A stretch of DNA of 64,000 nt from Halobacteriovoraceae bacterium (GTDB taxonomy: Bacteria > Bdellovibrionota > Bacteriovoracia > Bacteriovoracales > Bacteriovoracaceae). The stretch lies in the NCBI GenBank assembly GCA_018646195.1, contig JABGVH010000199.1, positions 8,619-72,618 of the forward strand, given 5' to 3'. Positions 28,367 to 37,119 of this stretch are shown here, piece after piece. Below the pieces are notes generated by a model, which saw nothing but the letters and a program-made list of their open reading frames with translations, was not told where the DNA came from and did no database searches. How positions within the stretch are numbered: the first letter of the stretch is position 1; each line of letters opens with the position of its first letter. The position numbers and the translations under genes are program-made.

Positions 28367-29489
28367 GAAATATTCAAATGAATTGAGAAGGCAAATAAAA
28401 CTATCGATGGATCAGGGAATTAATATTTCATTTGAGACAATCAAAGAAAAAATTACTTCTGTTCTCGATTTGTGGGGGCTGTCTGAGGATGAAGAATCCG
28501 ATTTATTTATTCTGTACTCAAAGCTTACGAACTGGAGCGCGCTAGAAAAATTTCTCGTAACCCCAGACCTAACTGAAGTTCTACTTCACTCATATTCATA
28601 TATACAAGTCGACACTTTTAGCTCTCATGGACTATTAAACTATGAAATAAGTTTTGAGAATGAGGAAGACTTACAACTTTCAATTGAAGTTTTTGCATTC
28701 AAAAATAGCCAATCTTGGAATAGCTTAGACCCATTCAAAAGTTTTTATTCCATTATTTTTAAAAGAAGTTTTAGGGTTACGTTAATACATGGATCATTGT
28801 GTTCAAATGGATCTCCCAAAATATTTTTTAGACGTACAAAAGAAGAGTTCCTTAGTATTGATTCTTTTACTAACACCATTGACCAGAAAAAATGGCTCGA
28901 GGAAAAAATTAGAAAGAAATCAAATATTATTATTAGTGGTGCTACAGGATCTGGAAAAACAACATTAATGAATTCCTTTATCCACAATATTAATATTGAA
29001 GAACACTTAATTTTATTAGAGGATGTACATGAATTTCCTGGTAAAGATCCACATATCTCTTGCCTTCTTAGCGGAAAAAAAACTCTCGTTGATTATTGCC
29101 ACTATGCACTTCGCATGCGCCCTGATCGCATTATGATTGGGGAGTTACGTGGAGCTGAGATCATTCCCTTTTTTCTTTCCATGAATACAGGGCACAAAGG
29201 GATGCTGACAACTCTTCATGCCAACTCTGCAAGTGACTCGATTGAGCGCCTGGGAACTCTATTCGCACTTTATAGTAAATCTAAAGATCTTCCTTACGAA
29301 AAGGTATTTTCTTTAATTTGCCAAAACCTTGATTACATAATTTTTATGGAAGAAAAGAGAATTGTTGAAGTAATTAAAATACTTGGAGCAGATGGCAATC
29401 GATCAATCTTTCAAAAAGTACCAGAGTTTAATTTGTTAGAAGATGGAGCTTTTCAAGCCATTCCCGACCTTCACTTAGGGGGACCTTGA
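28353..29489 (+). CDS. cpaF: CpaF/TadA-type pilus assembly ATPase (T2SSE family)
   Basis: Walker A ISGATGSGKTT, then LILLEDVHE, IMIGELRGAE and the His box NTGHKGMLTTLHANSA. 378 aa. Confidence 0.85.
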   Translation: MNQYRKYSNELRRQIKLSMDQGINISFETIKEKITSVLDLWGLSEDEESDLFILYSKLTNWSALEKFLVTPDLTEVLLHSYSYIQVDTFSSHGLLNYEISFENEEDLQLSIEVFAFKNSQSWNSLDPFKSFYSIIFKRSFRVTLIHGSLCSNGSPKIFFRRTKEEFLSIDSFTNTIDQKKWLEEKIRKKSNIIISGATGSGKTTLMNSFIHNINIEEHLILLEDVHEFPGKDPHISCLLSGKKTLVDYCHYALRMRPDRIMIGELRGAEIIPFFLSMNTGHKGMLTTLHANSASDSIERLGTLFALYSKSKDLPYEKVFSLICQNLDYIIFMEEKRIVEVIKILGADGNRSIFQKVPEFNLLEDGAFQAIPDLHLGGP

Positions 29490-30534
29490 ATTGAAGAAAG
29501 CAGTCCCCTTTGTTGAAGGCCTCAAGAGGTAAAGCTGCCTCGTCGATAGACCAGCCTATCAAGGTTAGGATTGAGTAATCTAATTCTTCTTTTATACTTA
29601 TCGCTCTTGGCCCCACATGCTTTGTCACACCTGGGCGAATGATCGTACCCCCAAGTTCAGGATTAAGCGAAGAACTAACAATAATCGGAATTCCATTTCT
29701 TCTAGCGGCTTCCATTGTTCGGGGAAAAAGTACCTTACTTCCACCTAGGGTGAGGGCGGTTGCTTCTTCGTAGCTAAGTTCAGGGATAATTTTAGTTTTG
29801 CTTAATTTTCTTGGATCGCCACTGGCGACACCAGGTATATCGCTCCATATTTGAATCTCTTCAGACCCTAAGGCCTCAGCAAATAAAGCGGCGCTGTAGT
29901 CTGACCCTTCCCTGCCGAGAGTCGTTGTATCTCCAACCTCGTTCGATCCAATAAATCCTTGGGTAACAATAATATTATTTTCCTGAATATATTTTGATAA
30001 ATATTTTTCTGATAAGCTACAAATATCCTTGATACAAGGATTGGCCTTACTCCATGAAGAATCAGTTTTTAATACTTGCCTGGCATCAAAATATATAACT
30101 TCTTTCTCAGGCCCCAGTTTTTCTTTGAGTACCTGATAAAAAAGGCGAGAAGAAAGACGTTCACCGATGCCATATAGTTGATCTAGTAACTTTAAATTTT
30201 CATCAGGAGTACGAATTAGGTCAGATAGAATCTGTTGCCCCTCTTCAATGACTTCCTTTAAAAAAAATTTAATCTCGCTGCCTCCGATTAACTCTCCGGC
30301 CATATCCAAGTGTTTTTCTTTAATAGAATCAAGAACTATTGAGGCGTGTTTATTCTTGCCGTTCAAAGCGCTGTTATAAATTTCTTCTAACTCATTGGTG
30401 GTATTATAAGTTGCACTGAGAATAACTAAATTTATTTCAGAATCAGCACTTACGATCTGGGCACATCTCTCCATGCTTTTGCAGTCTTTTACGCTGCTTC
30501 CGCCGAATTTCGCAACAATCTTCTTTGAGGACAT
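29428..30534 (-). CDS. lysC: Aspartate kinase (short, 368 aa)
   Basis: Motifs IVAKFGGSSVKD and GREGSDYSAALFAEALG. The start overlaps the ettA stop (TAATG on the minus strand). Confidence 0.85.
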   Translation of the reverse strand: MSSKKIVAKFGGSSVKDCKSMERCAQIVSADSEINLVILSATYNTTNELEEIYNSALNGKNKHASIVLDSIKEKHLDMAGELIGGSEIKFFLKEVIEEGQQILSDLIRTPDENLKLLDQLYGIGERLSSRLFYQVLKEKLGPEKEVIYFDARQVLKTDSSWSKANPCIKDICSLSEKYLSKYIQENNIIVTQGFIGSNEVGDTTTLGREGSDYSAALFAEALGSEEIQIWSDIPGVASGDPRKLSKTKIIPELSYEEATALTLGGSKVLFPRTMEAARRNGIPIIVSSSLNPELGGTIIRPGVTKHVGPRAISIKEELDYSILTLIGWSIDEAALPLEAFNKGDCFLQFKVPLSEGREWLEKLHLLTN

Positions 30535-32213
30535 TAAACTCTCGTTAGCTTTTTATAGGAAAACTTCTTCGGGTTGGCAGCATCGTCACCTAGCCTCTTC
30601 ATTTTATCTTCCTCGTATTCCGAGAAGTTTCCGTCAAACCAGCAAACTTCGCTATTACCTTCGAAGGCCAAGATATGTGTAGCAATGCGATCTAAAAAGA
30701 AACGATCATGGGAAATGATCACAGCACATCCAGCAAAATCGACAATAGCTTTTTCAAGCGCCTGAAGTGTATTTACATCCAAATCATTTGTTGGCTCATC
30801 TAACAGAAGGAGGTTACCTCCATCCTTAAGCATTGCTGCTAGGTGTACTCGGTTACGCTCTCCACCGGAAAGCTCTGAAACTTTCTTCTTCTGGGTATCT
30901 CCCGAGAAATTAAATTTTGAAATATAGGCCCTAGTATTAACTTCCCTATCTCCAAGTTTTATAAATTCTGTTCCGCCAGAAATAACATCTATTAATGTTT
31001 TATCACCATCTAAAATCCGTCCTTGGTCTACGTAAGCCAATTGAACAGATTTACCGACATTAAAATCACCTGAATCGACTTTCTCTTGCCCAGCAATCAT
31101 TTTAAATAAAGTTGTCTTACCTGCACCGTTGGGTCCAATGACCCCAACTATTCCACCAGCAGGAAGTTTAAAAGATAGGTTTTCATATAATAGCTTTTCA
31201 CCAAAGGCTTTCGAAATCCCATTGGCCTCCAGAACGAGATCTCCAAGTCTAGGACCAGAAGGAATAAACATCTCATTTATTTCCTGTCGATTTTCTTTTT
31301 GGAATTTTAGGCGCTCTTCATAATCTTTTATTCTTGCTTTAGATTTTGCATGGCGAGCCTTCGGAGCTGACCGAATCCACTCTAATTCTTCCTTCATCAT
31401 TTTTTGACGTTTAGATTCTTGCTTTTCTTCCTTCGCTAAACGTTGAGTTTTTGCTTCCAACCAATCGCTATAATTACCTTGAAAAGGAATCCCCATCCCA
31501 CGATCTAACTCAAGAATCCATCCCGCGACATTGTCTAAGAAATAGCGATCATGGGTAACAGCAATCACTGTTCCTTTATACTGTTGGAGATGACGCTCAA
31601 GCCACCAAACAGTTTCTGCATCGAGGTGGTTGGTAGGTTCATCTAATAAAAGAATATCTGGCTCTTGAAGAAGTAACCGACACATGGCCACACGTCTCTT
31701 CTCGCCACCGGATAAAGTTGAACATTTCTGATCATTGGGTGGGCAGTTTAACGCGGTCATAGCTAGGTCGAGTCGAGAATCGAGGTCCCACGCATTAGCA
31801 GCATCTAGTTTATCTTGTAACTTGGCCTGTTTCTCTAAGAGCTTATTCATTTCGTCATCACTCATAGGATCAGCAAATTTTGCATTAAGATCGTCAAAAT
31901 CTTTCAATAACTGAACTATCTCGGCACAGCCTTCTTCAACAACTTCTCTAACTGTTCTATCTTCATTTAATAAAGGCTCTTGTTCCAAGTATCCAACTGA
32001 ATAGCCTTTTGAAATTGTAGTTTCTCCCAAATGATCATTATCAAGACCGGCTAAAATCCGAAGAAGGGTAGACTTTCCTGAACCATTTAAACCAAGAACG
32101 CCGATTTTTGCCCCGTAAAAGTAGCTCAGGCTAATATCTTTCAGTACATGCTTTTGCTTATAAACTTTTCCAACTTTGTGCATTGAATAAATAATTTGCT
32201 TATCGTTACTCAT
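30534..32213 (-). CDS. ettA: Energy-dependent translational throttle protein EttA (ABC-F)
   Basis: The N-terminus IIYSMHKVGKVYKQKHVLKDISLSYFYGAKIGVLGLNGSGKSTLLRILAG is near-canonical EttA. Two ABC cassettes (LSGGEKRRVAMC, LSGGERNRVHLA). 559 aa. Confidence 0.92.
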   Translation of the reverse strand: MSNDKQIIYSMHKVGKVYKQKHVLKDISLSYFYGAKIGVLGLNGSGKSTLLRILAGLDNDHLGETTISKGYSVGYLEQEPLLNEDRTVREVVEEGCAEIVQLLKDFDDLNAKFADPMSDDEMNKLLEKQAKLQDKLDAANAWDLDSRLDLAMTALNCPPNDQKCSTLSGGEKRRVAMCRLLLQEPDILLLDEPTNHLDAETVWWLERHLQQYKGTVIAVTHDRYFLDNVAGWILELDRGMGIPFQGNYSDWLEAKTQRLAKEEKQESKRQKMMKEELEWIRSAPKARHAKSKARIKDYEERLKFQKENRQEINEMFIPSGPRLGDLVLEANGISKAFGEKLLYENLSFKLPAGGIVGVIGPNGAGKTTLFKMIAGQEKVDSGDFNVGKSVQLAYVDQGRILDGDKTLIDVISGGTEFIKLGDREVNTRAYISKFNFSGDTQKKKVSELSGGERNRVHLAAMLKDGGNLLLLDEPTNDLDVNTLQALEKAIVDFAGCAVIISHDRFFLDRIATHILAFEGNSEVCWFDGNFSEYEEDKMKRLGDDAANPKKFSYKKLTRV

Positions 32214-32273
32214 AGTCCCCTCTCAGGCCGTTTTAAAGTCATTTGGAAGCTAAAAGTAGTACAGCAGTAGCTC

Positions 32274-33134
32274 TTATTCAATTAAAAAGAGTTGGCCGAA
32301 GGAATATAAGAAATAAAGGTAACTACCTAGAAAAAAGAAGCTCAGACAGAAGAATTTTGATCCATTCAGGAGTTTGAGATAAAGCTCAAACCGTTCCTGC
32401 CATAAAAACTGAAGCTCAATTAAAATTTCATTTAGAAGTTCAGAAATTCCCCTGCCCTCATCCCGCCACCGTCGAAGTCCCGCTTCAAAACGCCACAGTA
32501 TTGGCTGACTCCAGCGAGTCTTACAAGTATGAATTTGTCGCATGTCGACATGGGCCAGTATTACTTCTTGGCTCAGGCTGACCTGAGAAAGACAGTGAAA
32601 GGTCATTAAATTTTTGTAAAGTAATGAAAAATTTTTAAATATCAGCGCTCTTATAAATTTATCCATTACCCAAAAAAATACAAACCCCACTCCTTGAATG
32701 AGAAATACCGACATAATTTTACCCGGCATTTCTCTTTCAACCATTTTTTGGCCAATATACATAAAAACCCAGGCAATTAAAAAAGCTAATATAAACTGGA
32801 AATAGCCCCCTACAATCGCTGCACTTAGCTTTTTCCTCCATCTTAGCTCGTGCTGTAAATCTTGCTTGAGACGGTTCAATGGAACCTTTAAGGGAGCACC
32901 AAGGTGCCGACCATGGGATAGCATTTCTTCTACCAGACTGGAGTAAAAACTAAACCTAGGTACTGCTCCCGCACCAGGGGAGCCTGATAAATATTCCACC
33001 AATTGCTCTCCTGGCTTGGCCATAAACCCTTTCTTATTTCTTAAAAGTAGCGGAAAGATTGGCGAGAAACACGCTTCAGGTAGCAAAAACGGGAGTCCTA
33101 AAAGAATAAAAAAGGCACTTATTTTCAGTTCCAT
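32274..33134 (-). CDS. Polytopic membrane protein with two T2SSF-like repeats (candidate TadB/TadC-type platform protein)
   Basis: The ORF track extends to 33395, but the first 87 codons are Cys/Arg-rich junk. The ATG at 33134 gives MELKISAFFILLGLPFLL. Two repeats resemble the T2SSF domain end: HGRHLGAPLKVPLNRLKQDLQHELRWRKKLSAAIVGGYFQFILAFLIAW and DEGRGISELLNEILIELQFLWQERFELYLKLLNGSKFFCLSFFFLGSYLYF. This is pattern recognition only. Confidence 0.4.
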   Translation of the reverse strand: MELKISAFFILLGLPFLLPEACFSPIFPLLLRNKKGFMAKPGEQLVEYLSGSPGAGAVPRFSFYSSLVEEMLSHGRHLGAPLKVPLNRLKQDLQHELRWRKKLSAAIVGGYFQFILAFLIAWVFMYIGQKMVEREMPGKIMSVFLIQGVGFVFFWVMDKFIRALIFKNFSLLYKNLMTFHCLSQVSLSQEVILAHVDMRQIHTCKTRWSQPILWRFEAGLRRWRDEGRGISELLNEILIELQFLWQERFELYLKLLNGSKFFCLSFFFLGSYLYFLYSFGQLFLIE

Positions 33135-33209
33135 AGTATGGATATAAGCAATACTCAAGCCATGTTGCGATGCATTTGACCTTCGGAAATTAGCGGACAA
33201 AGATGGTGT

Positions 33210-33503
33210 ATGAATACAACCACACCTGAATTTAACGCGACGCCAGTTGCACCTGTAAACCAAGATATAATGGGACCAGAAATTAAAATCAAGCACCTTG
33301 CAATTAAAATTAAAAAGCTCAACAAGCTTTGCAATCAACTTGACCCTTATCTGCCTATTCCGGAAGACACTCAAGCCGAACTTCGGGAGTTTCACATTAC
33401 AGATTTTTTTGACCCATTCACGATAACTAATAAACTTTTGGTTTTGCTAGAAGATTCCATTGAAGAGCTTCATAAATTAGAAGGTCACCCCGACACCAAA
33501 TGA
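33210..33503 (+). CDS. Small acidic hypothetical protein
   Basis: 97 aa. Its stop overlaps the start of the downstream methyltransferase gene (ATGA at 33500-33503), suggesting translational coupling. Confidence 0.35.
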   Translation: MNTTTPEFNATPVAPVNQDIMGPEIKIKHLAIKIKKLNKLCNQLDPYLPIPEDTQAELREFHITDFFDPFTITNKLLVLLEDSIEELHKLEGHPDTK

Positions 33504-34732
33504 GCGCGAAGCTGATTAGGGTTCCCCTACACCCAGACACCATAAAATATATTCGGAAGGGACACCCCTGGGTGACGCTCGATCGATTTAGCAAAGAATT
33601 TCCAAAAAAAGATTTAATGGTACTAGGGACCGGGAAAGCTGGAGAGCCAGTTGCCCTACTGCTAAATGATCCTAAACATAAAAATATTAAAGCGAGAGTA
33701 TGGAGCCTAAAGCAACCATTCAATGAGCAGGTCCACCTTTTTAAAACTACCCTTTTTGAGAGGCTTGAAAAAGCTTTCAATAAAAGGACTAAAATGAATT
33801 TACTTGAAGAACGCCAAAATTTTTATTTGGCGTTTGGTGAAGCGGATTTGTTACCCGGCTTGTTTATTCAATATTTAAATGATCACCTGCTGATTCAAGT
33901 CTATGCCGGTTTCTGGAGAAGAGTCGAAAAGGAACTTATGGAAGGTATTGCAAAGGCCTTCCACCAATTTCTTCCAGCAAATACTCCAAAGCATATTTGG
34001 ATTCAAGAGAGAAACTTAGATCAACGAATCAAGCTTCGCTCAGTTTTTTTACCTGGGAAAAAAGCCCCTAAGCCTGACCCGCATTTTCAGTTAGAAGAAT
34101 TCGGTATTCGTTATCAATTAAAATTAGGAGGTCAATATGACTTTGGTCTCTATACTGATATGGCCGCTCAAAGAAAAGTCCTCTCTCCCTATTTTAGTGA
34201 GGCAAAATCTGTATTAAACCTCTATGCCTATACCGGAGCCTATTCTCTTTTCGCTCTTTCTCAAAAATGTGAAAGAGTGGTGAGTATAGACCTCTCAGAA
34301 CACTATCTGAATTGGTTGGAAGAAAACCTGGAGTTAAATCCAGACCTCGAAAGAAAAAATCACCAAAGTATTCTTGGGCCAGTGGCAGAGGTTCTCGAAA
34401 GTAAAGTTAAGCACAAGAAAAAGTTTGATTTAATTATTTGTGATCCTCCTTCTGCTAGCCATGATGGTAAGCAGACTTTACGTGCTCTTCAGACCTACGA
34501 AAAAACAATGAAAAATATGGCAACATTACTTGAAGATGGCGGCAAGTTAGTTTGCTTTCTAAATACACATAGAGTTATTTGGAAGAAATTCCACGACCAG
34601 ATGGAAGAACTTGGAAAAAAGAACCAGCTTAAAATTGTTGATAAATTAAAACTCTCAGCTGATTGTCTAGGAAAGGGAGGGTTTCCAGAAGGAGATTACT
34701 TGAAAGGTTTAGTCTTCCAGAAAAATGTCTGA
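33500..34732 (+). CDS. Class I SAM-dependent rRNA methyltransferase, RlmI-like (PUA + MTase)
   Basis: Motifs IRKGHPWV, ARVWSL, NLYAYTGAYSLFAL, DLIICDPP and the C-terminal FPEGDYLKGLVFQ parallel E. coli RlmI motifs recalled from memory. Confidence 0.75.
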   Translation: MSAKLIRVPLHPDTIKYIRKGHPWVTLDRFSKEFPKKDLMVLGTGKAGEPVALLLNDPKHKNIKARVWSLKQPFNEQVHLFKTTLFERLEKAFNKRTKMNLLEERQNFYLAFGEADLLPGLFIQYLNDHLLIQVYAGFWRRVEKELMEGIAKAFHQFLPANTPKHIWIQERNLDQRIKLRSVFLPGKKAPKPDPHFQLEEFGIRYQLKLGGQYDFGLYTDMAAQRKVLSPYFSEAKSVLNLYAYTGAYSLFALSQKCERVVSIDLSEHYLNWLEENLELNPDLERKNHQSILGPVAEVLESKVKHKKKFDLIICDPPSASHDGKQTLRALQTYEKTMKNMATLLEDGGKLVCFLNTHRVIWKKFHDQMEELGKKNQLKIVDKLKLSADCLGKGGFPEGDYLKGLVFQKNV

Positions 34733-35630
34733 TCAAATTGTAAAAGTCCATCACCTCAATTGCGCAACTCTTTGTCCAGTTAGTCTAAAAAACATTATCA
34801 ATAATACATGTAAGGTGCTTTCAAAACTGCCTCTGCGGATTCCAAATATTTTAAAAGATATTGGTGGTAAAAATGTTCAGGAAGTAATTCACGAACACCT
34901 TGTCTGCCATTGTTTACTTATAGAAACTAAGAAAAAATTAATTCTAATGGACACTGGCCTCGGCAGGAAGGATGTTCAAAGCTCGGGTTCTAGACTCCCG
35001 ATAGAGTTTCTTAAAATAATTGGGCGCCCTCTTTTAAAGCTTGAAGAAACCGCATATCATCAGATTATTAAACTGGGCTATTCTCCAGATGACCTTACTG
35101 ATATTTTAGTGACACATTTAGATGTTGATCACGTAGGGGGACTCGCTGATTTCCCTCAAGCGACTGTACACTTGTTAGATGCAGAATTAGATTCGGCCAT
35201 TAACCCTAAAAGCTATATTCAAAAGCATCGCTACTTAGCAAAAATGTGGGACCATAATCCAAAATGGAAAACTTACAGAGCAAGTGGTGAAAAATGGAAT
35301 GACTTTTACTCAGTAAAAGAACTGGAGGGCCTCCCCACCGAGATTAAAATGATTCCCTTAAGAGGTCATACTCAGGGTCATTGTGGTTTAGTGATCGAAC
35401 ACCAAGGTAATTCATTATTTTTTACCGGTGATGCCTATATAAGTAAAAAACAACTCCAAGGTATTACGCCTTTCGAAGTCCTTCTCTTTAATAAACTAAT
35501 TCAGGAGGATATTAACTTATACCGAGAGAATCTTGAGAGAATTATTCAACTAAAAAATGAAGCATTACCCTCCCTTTCTATCTTTTGTTCCCACGATCCT
35601 GACGAATATCACCATTTATCCAACCCTTAA
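34725..35630 (+). CDS. MBL-fold metallo-hydrolase
   Basis: THLDVDHVGG (HxHxDH-type motif) and a downstream GHTQGH. It overlaps the upstream gene by 8 nt. Confidence 0.75.
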   Translation: MSDQIVKVHHLNCATLCPVSLKNIINNTCKVLSKLPLRIPNILKDIGGKNVQEVIHEHLVCHCLLIETKKKLILMDTGLGRKDVQSSGSRLPIEFLKIIGRPLLKLEETAYHQIIKLGYSPDDLTDILVTHLDVDHVGGLADFPQATVHLLDAELDSAINPKSYIQKHRYLAKMWDHNPKWKTYRASGEKWNDFYSVKELEGLPTEIKMIPLRGHTQGHCGLVIEHQGNSLFFTGDAYISKKQLQGITPFEVLLFNKLIQEDINLYRENLERIIQLKNEALPSLSIFCSHDPDEYHHLSNP

Positions 35631-35707
35631 CTGAAAATATTTCCTATTATTTTTATTAAAATTGCTCTAATCAATAATGTTATAATTAGGAGGCATTTTG
35701 GAGAGAG

Positions 35708-36967
35708 ATGAACAAGAAAAAAATACTCGTAATCGACGATGAACCAGAAATTCGTGAAGTAATTGCCGCTATACTGGAATCCTATTTTGACAGAGACATT
35801 TTGCTGGCAGCTTCCGGAAATGAAGCTATTGCTATATTAAAGGCCCAGCATCTAGAAATCAGCCTCGTTTTATGTGACTTTAGTATGCCTGATGGTAATG
35901 GTGCCACTGTCTATAATCATTTAAGAGAAACTAAATCCGATATTCCATATATCCTTTGCTCCAGTTATGAAATCGGAGAGATAAAAGAATTTGAGAACTT
36001 TAAGCAGACGAATCCCAAAAATGACTCTATTACCAAGCCGTTTAGCTCACAAATACTAGTCGATACTATAAGCAATGCCCTCTCTGATGAAAATCAAGAA
36101 GTACTAGAGCCGTATTGTCGAGTCAGGATTGATAAGTTCGAAGAATTTTGCAAAGACAACTTGATAAATGTCTATATAAAACTTAGCTCCAGTAAGTATA
36201 TAAAAATATTGAAAGAAAACGAAAAAAGGGCCCCTGGAGTCTTTCAGAAATATATAGATAAGAACGCTGAATATGTTTGGATTGAGAATGAAAAATATCA
36301 AGATGTTTCAGATGTTATTTTAGAAAAAATATTTAGTGCTTTAAACACTCCAAATGCCTCTCCTGAAGAAAAAATCGAATTAACGATCTCTGGAATTGAA
36401 GTTATTCAAGACTGTGTTAAGAATTTAGGAATTAGTCAGAAAACGATTGAGGCGATCGAGAAAGTAGTCGACTCGACAGAAAAGGCAATTAAAGAAACTG
36501 ACTCCCTTTCAGACCTTCTCGACTCTTTAAATAAAAAGAAAGGGTATCTCAAAGATCATGCTTTCCTTACCTCGTATGTCGCTTGTTCTATTGCCGAAGT
36601 CGTGGACATTAAAAATGAGAATCTCTGGGCAAATATCATAAAGGCCTCTATCTTTCATAATATTTCTCTTCCTACCAATGAAAAAGCAACAATTTTTGAT
36701 TTAAAATCGCCTCAGTACATAGCTCTCGAGCAAAAAGATCAGTTTCAAGTAAGAGAGCATATGCATAAGTCGGTGGAGCTAATTGGAGGTGAACAATTTT
36801 TCCCAAAAGAAGTGAGAAAAATGATTCTTAACCATCATGAGCAACCAGATGGTAGTGGGTACCCTAGCGGACTCAAGGAAAATGAAGTCACACCCTTAGA
36901 AGCGCTTTTTATATTAGCTGTAAATCTTTCCAATACCTTCATCATTAAAGGTGGGGATCAAACTTAA
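35708..36967 (+). CDS. Response regulator with a C-terminal HD-GYP-type domain (degenerate metal site)
   Basis: Receiver motifs ILVIDDEPEIREV and LVLCDFSMPDGNG. The C-terminus has HHEQPDGSGYPSGL, but the HD dyad reads HN (FHNISL). Confidence 0.8.
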   Translation: MNKKKILVIDDEPEIREVIAAILESYFDRDILLAASGNEAIAILKAQHLEISLVLCDFSMPDGNGATVYNHLRETKSDIPYILCSSYEIGEIKEFENFKQTNPKNDSITKPFSSQILVDTISNALSDENQEVLEPYCRVRIDKFEEFCKDNLINVYIKLSSSKYIKILKENEKRAPGVFQKYIDKNAEYVWIENEKYQDVSDVILEKIFSALNTPNASPEEKIELTISGIEVIQDCVKNLGISQKTIEAIEKVVDSTEKAIKETDSLSDLLDSLNKKKGYLKDHAFLTSYVACSIAEVVDIKNENLWANIIKASIFHNISLPTNEKATIFDLKSPQYIALEQKDQFQVREHMHKSVELIGGEQFFPKEVRKMILNHHEQPDGSGYPSGLKENEVTPLEALFILAVNLSNTFIIKGGDQT

Positions 36968-37075
36968 ATTTCTCTAGCTGTTCACGATTATCTAGATAGG
37001 TATTCAAAAGGAAATTATAAGGAGCCCTACCAAGGTTTTCTTAAGGCCTTTTTCAAACTGAAAGGCAAGGAAAAA

Positions 37076-37103
37076 GCCCCGCTATAGCAGGGCCTTTATT
37101 TTT
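37076..37103. terminator. Bidirectional Rho-independent terminator candidate
   Basis: GCCCCGC / loop TATA / GCAGGGC (one C-A mismatch). It is flanked by AAAAA upstream and CTTTATTTTT downstream, between convergent genes ending at 36967 and 37120. Confidence 0.4.
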
Positions 37104-37119
37104 GTAATTTAAATAATTC

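Noticed and set aside
24831-29489. The Tad region as a classical mobile genomic island.
   Set aside because: It looks AT-rich, but there is no integrase, transposase, tRNA target or flanking direct repeat visible at either boundary. Only compositional deviation remains, and that needs a proper calculation.
33135-33395. An 87-codon N-terminal extension of the membrane-protein ORF 32274..33395 (MKLPKFGLSVFRNRQIRVKL...CGCIHTPSLSANFRR).
   Set aside because: The composition is Cys/Arg/Phe-rich and unlike the rest of the protein. It overlaps the oppositely oriented 97-aa ORF, which is translationally coupled to the methyltransferase gene. The ATG at 33134 directly precedes the first TM helix. I treated it as a non-coding upstream run-on.
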